A stretch of 64,000 nt of DNA from positions 32,001 to 96,000 of the IMG/VR virus record IMGVR_UViG_3300029288_000065; one strand, written 5' to 3'. Within the stretch, counting starts at the first letter, position 1. Every line of letters starts with the position of its first letter. Under the pieces are notes generated by a model. It was not told where the DNA came from. It did not search any database and saw nothing but the letters and a program-made list of their open reading frames with translations. Positions 1 through 9,311 of the stretch are shown here, piece after piece. A program made the translations under genes and the position numbers. The stretch is from a virus (lineage: Duplodnaviria; Caudoviricetes).

Positions 1-994
1 CTGGGGTAAATTCCCTGGAATAAATTATACTGTTCTTACCATACTTTTTAATCCAATCAGGGTTTTCAATTAAGTAACATAAGTATCCGTAGAATTCATC
101 TAATGAATTACATAAGAATCCATTATTTCCGTGTAGAATTTGATCTTTATTTCCTCCTCTGTTATTTGCCAAAATAGGACAACCACTTAACATCCCTTCG
201 GCAACTGCTCTTGACCATGGTTCAATTCTTCCCCAATCAATGAAGAAGAGGAATATATCTATATTCTGTAGATATTCTTTAACTGAAACGGAAAATTCTT
301 TCCTGATTATTATATTTGGTATCTCATCTAATTCCTTAGCATTATCTCCATCTACTCCAAGAAAATCCCATAATATTTGATCTTTATATTTTTCATTTAT
401 TCTTTGAATTAATGAATGTGTCTCTTTATTAAATTTATATGAAATTGATTTGGAATGTCTTCCAATTCTTATTTTGTTACTTTTTGTCTTTTCTGAGGAA
501 ACTTTATTTTGATCTATTGGTGATTCCAGGAATATTCTTGGGAAATGTCTTATTTCATTGAATCTACTTTGTGTGCTTATTTCATTGAAGAAATGTTTAT
601 TTGCAGTTATTATTCTTACGTCCGGACATTTGGTTTTGATAGTAGAAAGATGTTTGGATGGGTCCAATACGAAATTATAGAGTACTACGAGTTGTTTGAT
701 TTTGGTGAGGTCTACTTTTTTCTCTTCCCAATATTCTAGCTTTGAGAAATTGTAACTATCTGTGTTAATTACTAGAATTGAATCCATTTCATATAATAGA
801 GAAATATTATTTTTAAATATTTCTTCTAAGATTTGTACTTTTTCTATACAAACCGCTTTGATTTTTTCATTTATTTTGTTTTCACAGAAAATATATGTTT
901 CGTGGTCTGCCCTAGCTAGGGAGTTGGCCATTTCGGCGGCACGGAATTCGCTTCCTCCGCTTGCGCCAAGTTTTGAGAATATTCCAATTTTCAT
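1..994 (-). CDS. GT4-family (GT-B fold) glycosyltransferase, 3' end runs off the window
   Basis: Not in the ORF track (open at the edge). Manual translation from ATG 994: MKIGIFSKLGASGGSEFRAAEMANSL...DIFLFFIDWGRIEPWSRAVAEGMLSGCPILANNRGGNKDQILHGNNGFL, with the N-terminal GGxE and the E-x7-E signature of GT4. Confidence 0.88.
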   Translation of the reverse strand, partial: MKIGIFSKLGASGGSEFRAAEMANSLARADHETYIFCENKINEKIKAVCIEKVQILEEIFKNNISLLYEMDSILVINTDSYNFSKLEYWEEKKVDLTKIKQLVVLYNFVLDPSKHLSTIKTKCPDVRIITANKHFFNEISTQSRFNEIRHFPRIFLESPIDQNKVSSEKTKSNKIRIGRHSKSISYKFNKETHSLIQRINEKYKDQILWDFLGVDGDNAKELDEIPNIIIRKEFSVSVKEYLQNIDIFLFFIDWGRIEPWSRAVAEGMLSGCPILANNRGGNKDQILHGNNGFLCNSLDEFYGYLCYLIENPDWIKKYGKNSIIYSREFTP

Positions 995-1011
995 CTCTGT
1001 ATTTTATTTAT

Positions 1012-1755
1012 ATGAGTGAATTTGATTGGAATCCAGAGAGTTGTGGGAAATCTCTGTCACCAATCCCACAAATGGTTTCCATTGTGGATCATTACAAGAG
1101 GATTGAGAAAATGGAATGGAAAGAACGAGTTGGAGTTATGCTTGGAAAGGTCCATGATTTGTGTTTAAATTGTACTATGTGCCATCTTGGATGGAAACCG
1201 TGTGAAGAGTTTGATACAGTGTTTGACCCTCATGTGTTCAGTAATATGTCTCCTAGCAGGTGGATGGTGGTTGGCCAGAATCCAGGGTATAATGAGTGTA
1301 TACAACATATTCCTTTTGTTGGTGAGGCTGGAAAGTCGTTTGATAAGGCTTTGTCTCGTTTTGGAATTTCTAGGAAGAATATTTATGTGACAAATACGGT
1401 GAAGTGTCATACAATCGGGAATGAAAAGCCTACTTTTGAACAAGTTTCTAGATGTGAGCCCATTTTGCGATTGGAAATTGCTATTCTTCGTCCTCTTTTG
1501 GTTATTACTTTGGGTCAGGTAGCTTTTGAAATTTTGTGCGGTGGGAATAAAATTAAGCCTGTGTATAGTGAAAATCTTGGAAAAATGATTTTTTCTGAGA
1601 AATTTGGTGTTAAGGTTTATCCTGTTTATCACCCTTCTCCACGGAATTTGAGTGATGAGACCCGAAAGAAGAAATTTAATGAGCAAATGGTCCGTCTTTG
1701 TAAGGTAATTAGGAATTTTAATCCTTCTGCTGGAGAAGATGCTCAGCAAAAATAA
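1012..1755 (+). CDS. Uracil-DNA glycosylase, family 4-like (Fe-S cluster type)
   Basis: CxxC (CTMC), VVGQNPG, PFVGEAGK, TNTVKC, LGQVA and YHPSP motifs; start taken at ATG 1012. Confidence 0.88.
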   Translation: MSEFDWNPESCGKSLSPIPQMVSIVDHYKRIEKMEWKERVGVMLGKVHDLCLNCTMCHLGWKPCEEFDTVFDPHVFSNMSPSRWMVVGQNPGYNECIQHIPFVGEAGKSFDKALSRFGISRKNIYVTNTVKCHTIGNEKPTFEQVSRCEPILRLEIAILRPLLVITLGQVAFEILCGGNKIKPVYSENLGKMIFSEKFGVKVYPVYHPSPRNLSDETRKKKFNEQMVRLCKVIRNFNPSAGEDAQQK

Positions 1756-1780
1756 TATAGAACTACGGAGGAAACAAAAG

Positions 1781-2323
1781 ATGCCAGGCTTCAACATTTG
1801 CGGATATGGTGCCCTTGATAACGGTCCAGCGAATACCTACGAAACCCGTAGAAAACACCGATGGTACTTTGAAACAATTGGAGCCAAAAACGGTGATCTT
1901 CCAAGGAATATGTTGATGGTCTTGAAGACAGCTTCTCGACCACAGTATTCATCGGAAGAAGCAACCATGGACCACAACCAGGAAACGTCGTACTTCGCTG
2001 GTAAGAGCAAATGGGAACCTTGCAAGATGTCGTACTACGATGTTGAGCAAGACCCAAACGTTTCTTCTGAATGTTGGAAATGGTTGACTGGCGTTGTTAA
2101 TTTTACAAAAGGTAGCAAATTGGAAGTTTATGAACCGAAAGATTATAAGAAGAATGCAAAGCTCGTTATGATAAATGGTATTGGTACTGTAAATGAAAGT
2201 TGGTTTATGTGCGGTGTTTGGCCGAAAGATGTAAATTGGCAGGAACTGGATTACACCAGCAGTGAAATTATGCTGGTTGAAGTTAGTATGAGATTTGATC
2301 GTGCATACCGAGAGGATAAGTAA
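1781..2323 (+). CDS. Tail tube protein, T4 gp19-like
   Basis: HRWYFE, ASRPQ, YFAGKSKWEP, W...WPKDV...LDY...MRFDRA pattern typical of gp19-family tubes; GGAGG SD before ATG 1781. Confidence 0.8.
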   Translation: MPGFNICGYGALDNGPANTYETRRKHRWYFETIGAKNGDLPRNMLMVLKTASRPQYSSEEATMDHNQETSYFAGKSKWEPCKMSYYDVEQDPNVSSECWKWLTGVVNFTKGSKLEVYEPKDYKKNAKLVMINGIGTVNESWFMCGVWPKDVNWQELDYTSSEIMLVEVSMRFDRAYREDK

Positions 2324-2332
2324 GAGGAGTTA

Positions 2333-2851
2333 ATGCCTGGTTTCAATATTGCAGGTTACGGTGGTGATCTAGTCAGTACTCTTGAACCAGCAAGAGCGCA
2401 TAGATGGGTAATCCAACAACTTGGTCCAATTACACAACGTGGCGCAATGTTGGTCGCAAAAGAACTAAACTTACCACAATGGAAAACAGAACGAATAGAA
2501 ATCCTTGGTACCACTCTATGGTATAAATTCGCAAAGAATGTAAAGTGGGATGATATCCAAGTAACATTCTATGATATTCCACAACCAGAATATTCAGCAT
2601 TCGATGAAATAAACAAATGGAGGGATCTTGTTCATACCAACAAAACCGGGATTCTAAAACATGGTGGGAATGGTTATAAGCGCGATTGCGTTTTCCAGGA
2701 GCAAGACGGAAAAGGGGAGTCCATAAGAAATATTAGATTGAAGAATGCTTGGCCAGCATCCATGACCTGGGGAAAGTTATCATATGTAAGTACAGATTTA
2801 AAAATTATTGATTTGACATTGTCATATGATTGGGCCGAAGTTTTCAAATAA
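2333..2851 (+). CDS. Second gp19-family tail tube / tube-initiator paralog
   Basis: Same N-terminus (MPGFNIxGYG), HRW, KWDDI, NAWP...LSY...LSYDWA; GAGGAG SD. Confidence 0.75.
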   Translation: MPGFNIAGYGGDLVSTLEPARAHRWVIQQLGPITQRGAMLVAKELNLPQWKTERIEILGTTLWYKFAKNVKWDDIQVTFYDIPQPEYSAFDEINKWRDLVHTNKTGILKHGGNGYKRDCVFQEQDGKGESIRNIRLKNAWPASMTWGKLSYVSTDLKIIDLTLSYDWAEVFK

Positions 2852-2893
2852 TAATCTACGTAAATAGTATTGGATCTTTTTAGGAGATAGAGT

Positions 2894-3913
2894 ATGGCTC
2901 AGAATGAACAAGAAATTGGTTTGAACATTGGGAAGGGTCCTCACAAAGCACCACAATCAAAAGCTTCTCCTGTTAAAGAAACAATCCCACAAGAAAGTTT
3001 GGCTGAAGTAGCCAAGAATATAACAAACCCTGAAGAACTGATTCGACTTATCGCCAGTAGACCACAAGAAGATTACCTTCCGTGGGAGAAGATAAATCTT
3101 CCAAGTATGGGATTATTCTATAATAGTAGAATTCCAGGCGGTGAGATAGAAGTACGGCCAATGGGTTTGGTAACAGATAAAATTTTGGCGACTTCAAGAT
3201 TGGCGCAATCAGGTCAGTCCATTGACTATATTTATAAGCATTGTGTCCGATTCCCAGACCAAACTTTTGATCCACTCGATCTCTTGACTGGAGATAGAAT
3301 GTTCCTCTTGTTTTACCTCCGTGGTATTACTCATGGAAACAATTACGAGTTTACAGTCACTTGTTCAAATGAGCAATGCAAAAAGATCAGTAATCATGAG
3401 TTTGATTTGAACAAGTTGGCAAAGACTATTAAGAGCCCGAAATATCAATCTGAACCAATTAAGATTGTTCTCCCTTTCCTAACTAAGAAAACTGGGAAAG
3501 AGATTTGGGTTGCTATGCGCTTGATGCGTGGTCGTGATCTTCAGATTATGATAAGAAATCAGAAGATTAAGAGCTCTATGATGGCTGGACAGGCACAGAG
3601 TGCTGCCGAAAAAGAAGGCAGAATCGAGATGAGTCCTACAGAAGTAGTTTTGGATACTACAATTGAAGAGCATCTTAATTTGTTGATTGAATCTGTTAAC
3701 GGTGTAAATGATAGAATGCTAATCTCTCAATTTGTTAAAAAGATGCATGCTTCTGATACCGCTACTATCCGTGAGACGCTCAAGGATGCTCAGCCGGGGA
3801 TTGACACTTCGATTATTATCAAGTGTCCAGAATGCCAGGTTGAGATGAATTTGGACCTCCCGGTCACTGAATCCTTTTTTCGCCCAACAGAGTCACGAAG
3901 AACTGGAGAGTAG
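2894..3913 (+). CDS. T4 gp26-like baseplate hub / tail assembly chaperone
   Basis: LPSxGxFY, DRMFLLFYLRGITHG, CxxxxC and CPEC Zn motifs, C-terminal SFF; follows the tube genes. Confidence 0.75.
   Translation: MAQNEQEIGLNIGKGPHKAPQSKASPVKETIPQESLAEVAKNITNPEELIRLIASRPQEDYLPWEKINLPSMGLFYNSRIPGGEIEVRPMGLVTDKILATSRLAQSGQSIDYIYKHCVRFPDQTFDPLDLLTGDRMFLLFYLRGITHGNNYEFTVTCSNEQCKKISNHEFDLNKLAKTIKSPKYQSEPIKIVLPFLTKKTGKEIWVAMRLMRGRDLQIMIRNQKIKSSMMAGQAQSAAEKEGRIEMSPTEVVLDTTIEEHLNLLIESVNGVNDRMLISQFVKKMHASDTATIRETLKDAQPGIDTSIIIKCPECQVEMNLDLPVTESFFRPTESRRTGE
3872..3883 (+). promoter_or_regulatory. Candidate programmed +1/-2 ribosomal frameshift site UCC_UUU_UUU_CGC
   Basis: In-frame TCC TTT TTT CGC ten codons before the stop of 2894..3913; the +1 frame is open to 4097, the -1 frame closes quickly. 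Confidence 0.45.
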
Positions 3914-3926
3914 GTATAGAAACTTA

Positions 3927-4097
3927 ATGGAGCAGGTCTTTATTTTGAAGTATTATGGGAAGTTTACTCTTGATGAGATGGCATATCTAACTGCAGAGGA
4001 TAGAGCACAGATATATAATAGGATTATAGAGGAACTCAAGAAACAAAATTCTGACGATCAGCAAAATCAGGGTCTCGGAGGATCCCGTTTCAAATGA
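3927..4097 (+). CDS. gp51-like small tail/baseplate assembly protein, possibly expressed as a frameshift extension of the upstream ORF
   Basis: Below ORF-track cutoff: MEQVFILKYYGKFTLDEMAYLTAEDRAQIYNRIIEELKKQ...; its frame stays open back through the T6 run at 3875-3880. Confidence 0.6.
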   Translation: MEQVFILKYYGKFTLDEMAYLTAEDRAQIYNRIIEELKKQNSDDQQNQGLGGSRFK

Positions 4098-4124
4098 TGA
4101 TCAAAAATAATGTGGAGATTACTA

Positions 4125-4991
4125 ATGGAAATATTTCCGAGGATCAGTGGACGTACTGGACAATTACTTGATTTAAATATTACATTTTATCAAAATGGGG
4201 TACCAACGGACCCTTGGGCAATTACCAAAGTTTCAATTTATAAGGAATCTGTTCAACCTGAAAATCTGGTGGCAGAAATCCCAATTACACCAAATTGTGA
4301 GGCTGGTTATCCAAGTCCAATTAGTAGAGAATTACTGAATCCACCACCAGGTACTGGTCCTTGTGGTACTGCGCCAGATCCAGATGCTGAATATAAACCA
4401 GGTGTTTACCACTTATATTGGCAAGTACCAGATGATATTCCTGTACCAAACATGTTTTTTGATGTTTGGTCATATATTCCTACAAATCCCGGAATTACCC
4501 CCGGCACAACTGGGGGAACTGGATGTAGTGCAGAGCAACTTGCCGTTCTTGCCAATGAAGATCTCTGGCATAACTGCTGCAACGAGTTCTGGCTATATCC
4601 AGATTCAAGTTACTGTGACACAGGTCTTGAAAATATTCGACTTGGTTTTGAAGCTATGGATGTAAAGTTCTATCAACCTGAAAAGAGAAAGATTGAAGTT
4701 GGAATAATGCCATTACCATTATATGATTTTGATTATAATAAAATTATGCCAATTATTCCATTATTGAAGGCGTTCATTACTATCTATACTGATAATAATG
4801 AACTTATTTTGGATAAAACTGCGATGACGATTGGGATTAGACAAGGAACATACAGGACAAACCCATTCACATTACAATATCTCTTGGATACTTCGACATT
4901 ATTGAAGGGATCATATAAATATAGAGTGGAGGTAAATCTTCCGAATGGTGAATCACGAGCAAGTTCTGATTTCAATTTCCAGGTGAGCTAA
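4125..4991 (+). CDS. Hypothetical protein, probable virion structural
   Basis: Pro/Gly/Thr/Cys-rich, beta-like composition, in the tail block, preceded by CAAAAATA. Confidence 0.5.
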   Translation: MEIFPRISGRTGQLLDLNITFYQNGVPTDPWAITKVSIYKESVQPENLVAEIPITPNCEAGYPSPISRELLNPPPGTGPCGTAPDPDAEYKPGVYHLYWQVPDDIPVPNMFFDVWSYIPTNPGITPGTTGGTGCSAEQLAVLANEDLWHNCCNEFWLYPDSSYCDTGLENIRLGFEAMDVKFYQPEKRKIEVGIMPLPLYDFDYNKIMPIIPLLKAFITIYTDNNELILDKTAMTIGIRQGTYRTNPFTLQYLLDTSTLLKGSYKYRVEVNLPNGESRASSDFNFQVS

Positions 4992-5500
4992 TGAAATGTC
5001 TAAATGATGTAGGTTTAAAGAAATTGATGATTTTCTTGGAATCTCGTATACCTGGTATTTCTCAATTGGTTGAGATTGATGGAAATAAGTTATCAATTGA
5101 CAAAAACATTAAACTTTATGCTTTTGTTGAAGAACCAGTAACTGAGGCAATTGAGGTTCCTGTAAGTCCTCAAGAACCTCTTACACCATCAGTAGTGGCA
5201 CAACAGGCTTCCAAGATACCTGCAGCACAAGAACCATCCCAAACTGAAAAATTGAGAGCAATTAAGACTCAGAAAGATATTGAGGAGTTGCGCCGACAAC
5301 AGGAGGAATTAGGAGAAGAACAGGATGAACTTTCTGAGAAATTTAAAAAGAAAACTGATACAGCAATGCCGGTAACTGTACAAACTCCTCTAAGTCCAGA
5401 GAAGAAAGTATTAAGGAGGCAGCAAGATATTGCACAACAGAGAGCTTATAGAAGCTTGGCGCAACAACTCAAACAGGAAGCATCACCAGAAGTTTCGTAG
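4991..5500 (+). CDS. Hypothetical protein with coiled-coil C-terminus
   Basis: 169-aa ORF coupled to the upstream stop (TAATG). Confidence 0.55.
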   Translation: MKCLNDVGLKKLMIFLESRIPGISQLVEIDGNKLSIDKNIKLYAFVEEPVTEAIEVPVSPQEPLTPSVVAQQASKIPAAQEPSQTEKLRAIKTQKDIEELRRQQEELGEEQDELSEKFKKKTDTAMPVTVQTPLSPEKKVLRRQQDIAQQRAYRSLAQQLKQEASPEVS

Positions 5501-5513
5501 TATTTAATTTAAA

Positions 5514-7220
5514 GTGATAGCCAGAATAAAAGACAACCATTGGATTTACCTCGATCAGATAACTCAAGGATCAGAAGATGCTTTGGTGTATCATTTTAGC
5601 GTCAAGCATCCACGAGCTTTTTATATCGACACGAATGCTGAATGGGATGGATTCTATAGGAAGTATAGTGTATCGAAGCAACGACTTGCTCTTCCTTTCT
5701 TAAATGAATTAAAAGTTTGCTGTACCAAACATCAGATTCCTTTGGAAATTGACGACCAGCGTCCGAAGATTGTAGTTCCTCTTACAAGTGCTGTTACGAA
5801 GGATATGCTTTCTGGTGTGGTTTTGGAGGATTATCAGATAAATGCTGCGTTGGCTACTCTAAAAGAAGAGATTGGGATTATCCTTAGTACTACAGGTTCT
5901 GGGAAGACAGAGATTATGTGTATGTTGGTAAAATTGTTTGGTTGTTCAACTGTGATTATTACAGAACAAAGAGTTATTCTGGATCAGATTGTTAAAAGAT
6001 TAGAGCTCCGAGATGTAGTTAGTGAAGAAGATATAGGTATGTTCTGTTCTGGTCATATGCCAAATGGTCAGATTATTATAGTAGGCAATATTCAGTCTGT
6101 TTCTGCTCCTACGAAGCCAAAATTTCAAGAAATAAAGGTTTCTGAAGCTTCAGCTTTAAAGTCACTTCTGGATCTCATTGAAAAGGAAGATAAGGATGAA
6201 TTAATTCATATTCTTCCGAGGAAGCTGGTTGATACGTTCATTGAACATCCTGAGGCAATTGAGAAGTTGAAGGGGAAATATTTACAGATTGTAATTGATT
6301 ATTTTAAACAGAAGAGATTCCAAATGAGATTGAAGTGGTATCAGACGCGTATTATTCATGCAAAGAAGATTCAGGATTATATTTCTCATGCTGATATGCT
6401 TTTGGTTGATGAGGCTGATTTGGCGGTTTCTGTTCAATATACTGATCTTTGTAGAAGGATTTTTAATGGTAGGCGTCGTTATGGTTTGACTGGTACTGCT
6501 TTTGATAAATCCAAACCAGTTGAGAATTTGTTTTTGCGAGAAAATCTTGGTAATGTTATTCATGAAGTTCCGAGAGAGGAAGTTCAGGAACGAGGTAGGA
6601 TTATACCTGTTAAGTGTTTTTTCTTGGGTGTTGGTTTGGATGGGGATAAAAAGGATGTTCGTGCTTTTGATATTGCTATGAAGGAAGAGATAATTGAGAA
6701 TGAGAAGTTTCAGAAGTTGGTTGCGTCTCTAAATGCCGGTTTTGTTAAAGAGAGGAATCTTATTCTTATTGATACTTCTCCGATAGAATCTTTGGGTCTT
6801 GCTTTACAAGATAAGATTCCTAATTCCAAATTTTTATATAATAAGTCCTCTATGCCAGAGAGATGGGAATTTATAAAGAAGTTTGAGAAGGGTGAGCTTC
6901 AATGTTTAATTGGTGGGAAGATATTCAAACGAGGATTAGATCTTTCTGGAGGTGTTGATAATTTAATAATTATAGGTGGTGGAAAACAATGGTCTAATAT
7001 AAATCAGATGGTTGGTAGAGGAGTACGTATAAATTCCAGAGGTTGGGCAAGAGTGTTTTGTTTCTTCTTTTTGAATAATAAATATTTATACCACCATAGT
7101 AGGGAAAATTTAAAGGCTGTGGTGGATTTGGGGTACACAACTAAGATCTGCTTGAATGGGAAACAATTTGACGCAGAAAACTTTATCAACTCCCGCTTCA
7201 GACTCCCAAAAGGTGTCTGA
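5514..7220 (+). CDS. uvsW: UvsW-like SF2 helicase
   Basis: Walker A STTGSGKT, DEAD box (DEADL), GLTGT, RGLDL, QMVGRGVR; N-terminal WDG motif as in UvsW. Confidence 0.85.
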   Translation: MIARIKDNHWIYLDQITQGSEDALVYHFSVKHPRAFYIDTNAEWDGFYRKYSVSKQRLALPFLNELKVCCTKHQIPLEIDDQRPKIVVPLTSAVTKDMLSGVVLEDYQINAALATLKEEIGIILSTTGSGKTEIMCMLVKLFGCSTVIITEQRVILDQIVKRLELRDVVSEEDIGMFCSGHMPNGQIIIVGNIQSVSAPTKPKFQEIKVSEASALKSLLDLIEKEDKDELIHILPRKLVDTFIEHPEAIEKLKGKYLQIVIDYFKQKRFQMRLKWYQTRIIHAKKIQDYISHADMLLVDEADLAVSVQYTDLCRRIFNGRRRYGLTGTAFDKSKPVENLFLRENLGNVIHEVPREEVQERGRIIPVKCFFLGVGLDGDKKDVRAFDIAMKEEIIENEKFQKLVASLNAGFVKERNLILIDTSPIESLGLALQDKIPNSKFLYNKSSMPERWEFIKKFEKGELQCLIGGKIFKRGLDLSGGVDNLIIIGGGKQWSNINQMVGRGVRINSRGWARVFCFFFLNNKYLYHHSRENLKAVVDLGYTTKICLNGKQFDAENFINSRFRLPKGV

Positions 7221-8091
7221 AGATTTTGTACTAAAACAAGCAGACAGAACAGAAATTCTTCCAAAGAATCATTATTTTGACAACGAGACCGTTGAACACT
7301 TAATGCACCAATACTTGCGCGGTGCCTGTACTGAAGTTAGATTACGTGATGAGATAATGAAACATGCTTCTGAACTTATCAAACAGATTATAAAAGCTCA
7401 CAATCTTGGTCAGATTTATCCGGGAAAAGAAGAATCTTCAATTATGGATTTATTTCAAACAGCCTGGGTTCAGATTGAAAGCGCTCTTTACAAATATGAA
7501 GCTCTACCTCATTGCAAGTCTTGTTTTAATGTAATGCGCCCTGCAGATTCTTTGTTATATCAAGAATATGTATTCGAGGATTTTCTATTCAAGAAAGTGA
7601 AATATTGTAAGAGATGTAAGAAATTAATCTCAGTAGTGGGTATACATTATAGAGGTAAGAGCAGAGTTTTTAATATGTGGTCGCAAATCGCTAGAACAGT
7701 AATCTTGGCTTATATAAAGAAAGAAAATAGGGATAGGAAGAACAGTGACGTTTTTAAATCGCATCTTGAACATAAGACTATTCCTTATAATGAGACCCTC
7801 CAGAGATTCTTTACTGAAGCAAGAGAAATGAGCAAATACAATGATGAACATATAAAGATTCTTGATGCATTACAAAAATTATATTTTGAAGACGATAGGG
7901 CTCATGAAGGTCTAATAACAAAATTAGTTGAGAGGACTGGATTGTCAAGGCCAGTGGTCACTGACTTCTTTAGGATTTTGCGGTCAAGAAGCCATGAAAT
8001 CACAGATTCACCTGTGAACCGAGAAGTTAAGTCCATGAAGTCACTGATGGGCGGTGATTCGTCATATGCGCCACAACAAGACGAATACTAA
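7156..8091 (+). CDS. Late-transcription sigma factor, T4 gp55-like, with CxxC-CxxC insertion (true start may be downstream)
   Basis: N-terminal NHYFDN and FNMWSQIARTVILAYIKKE resemble gp55 HYVxN and FxYFTQI..AF.RRI.KE; located between uvsW and terminase. Confidence 0.65.
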   Translation: MGNNLTQKTLSTPASDSQKVSEDFVLKQADRTEILPKNHYFDNETVEHLMHQYLRGACTEVRLRDEIMKHASELIKQIIKAHNLGQIYPGKEESSIMDLFQTAWVQIESALYKYEALPHCKSCFNVMRPADSLLYQEYVFEDFLFKKVKYCKRCKKLISVVGIHYRGKSRVFNMWSQIARTVILAYIKKENRDRKNSDVFKSHLEHKTIPYNETLQRFFTEAREMSKYNDEHIKILDALQKLYFEDDRAHEGLITKLVERTGLSRPVVTDFFRILRSRSHEITDSPVNREVKSMKSLMGGDSSYAPQQDEY

Positions 8092-8120
8092 TTCCAACAA
8101 AAATCAAAAGGAGAGATAAC

Positions 8121-8651
8121 ATGCCTGAACGCATAATAGAGGTTGGTGCCAGGGATATAGCAGGTATCCAGAAACCAACAATTCCTGGTGCTGTAAAAAG
8201 AGTGGTAGCCGCAGGGGGCGGAATAACACCACCAAATAAACCAGCAGAAGTAACCAGACGCCATGGGAAATTTAACGACCCAAGCGGAAGTCCCAAATTC
8301 CAGAAAAATATGCGAATGAGAAGAAAAGTCAAAGAAGTAACCCCAGAAATGCACGAATGCCTCTCTTTCCTAACTTCTACCGTAGGAAAACCAGAACAAG
8401 AGATCAGGAAACTTATTAAAGATTTCCCATTGAAGGAAAAACTCCTCCAATTGGTTGACCATATTATTGCCACCGGGATGGGTGGGTGGAAACAGAGCGG
8501 GAAGATGTTGGTGAATGAAAGTGGACATGAAGCATCTTTGGAAAATTGGGAACTGGTTAGGGGCGGGAGAATAAAACCAATAGGGTGTAAAAAACCCTAT
8601 CATTATGATGTAGATAAATTATTGAAAATAAGGAGTATTTGCGATGAATGA
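8121..8651 (+). CDS. Hypothetical basic protein
   Basis: 176-aa ORF, AAGGAG SD. Confidence 0.55.
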   Translation: MPERIIEVGARDIAGIQKPTIPGAVKRVVAAGGGITPPNKPAEVTRRHGKFNDPSGSPKFQKNMRMRRKVKEVTPEMHECLSFLTSTVGKPEQEIRKLIKDFPLKEKLLQLVDHIIATGMGGWKQSGKMLVNESGHEASLENWELVRGGRIKPIGCKKPYHYDVDKLLKIRSICDE

Positions 8652-9309
8652 TGAAGAGATTGATCCAGATCTAATTGCTATATTGGAACAGGAAGGTATA
8701 GAGACGGAAGTCATTCCACCAGAAGAGCCAATTCCTGTTGGACCAGTTGGACCAGTCCAAGCAGAGACTGAATCACTAGTACCTCCTGAAAATCCAGTTG
8801 GGCCAGTCCAAGCAGAGACTGAATCACCAGTACCTCCTGAAAATCCAGTACCTCAGCAGATTGTTGTTGTAGAACCAGTAGTAACCCCAAACAAAAAGAA
8901 AGCAAAACCCAAGAGTGATCTATTGGAGGAGAAACCCGAAGAAGATAAACTTGGACTTAAAAAACTTATAATGGACTTTGGAAAGACAGCTGATGTTATA
9001 GTTCATAATTATGATGTTGATCGTGGTCAAGTTAATAATGCATTAATATATTTTGAGCAACAAGTAAAAGAAGCACGTGCTGCAGGTCAAAAACTACCAC
9101 AGGCATTTATTGATGGTTGGGTAAAACTGTTGGCAGTAAAATCAGAAATTAATACCAATGCAACTGGTGTACTTGATTCAGTTGCCAAGTTGATCGCTTC
9201 TGCAAAGAACAATAATATAATTATAAATATGGGTGGTGATAAGAATCAGAATACCACTATCAATCTGGAGGAATTATTAAGTCAGGACAGGAAAGAAGAT
9301 GAGGAATAA
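8644..9309 (+). CDS. Putative terminase small subunit (gp16-like)
   Basis: Directly upstream of TerL; helical core followed by an NNNIIIN...LEELL tail reminiscent of gp16; acidic Pro-rich N-terminus. Confidence 0.4.
   Translation: MNDEEIDPDLIAILEQEGIETEVIPPEEPIPVGPVGPVQAETESLVPPENPVGPVQAETESPVPPENPVPQQIVVVEPVVTPNKKKAKPKSDLLEEKPEEDKLGLKKLIMDFGKTADVIVHNYDVDRGQVNNALIYFEQQVKEARAAGQKLPQAFIDGWVKLLAVKSEINTNATGVLDSVAKLIASAKNNNIIINMGGDKNQNTTINLEELLSQDRKEDEE
8743..8850 (+). repeat. 51-bp in-frame tandem duplication (PVGPVQAETES[L/P]VPPEN x2)
   Basis: Near-identical copies start at 8743 and 8794. Confidence 0.9.
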
Positions 9310-9311
9310 TA

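Noticed and set aside
1005-1012. Exact T4 late promoter TATAAATA on the - strand
   Set aside because: A single exact match in AT-rich DNA is not significant alone; counted only as a variant of the AAATA class.
545-1019. + strand ORFs 545..739 and 762..1019
   Set aside because: They lie antisense to the GT4 gene on the - strand.
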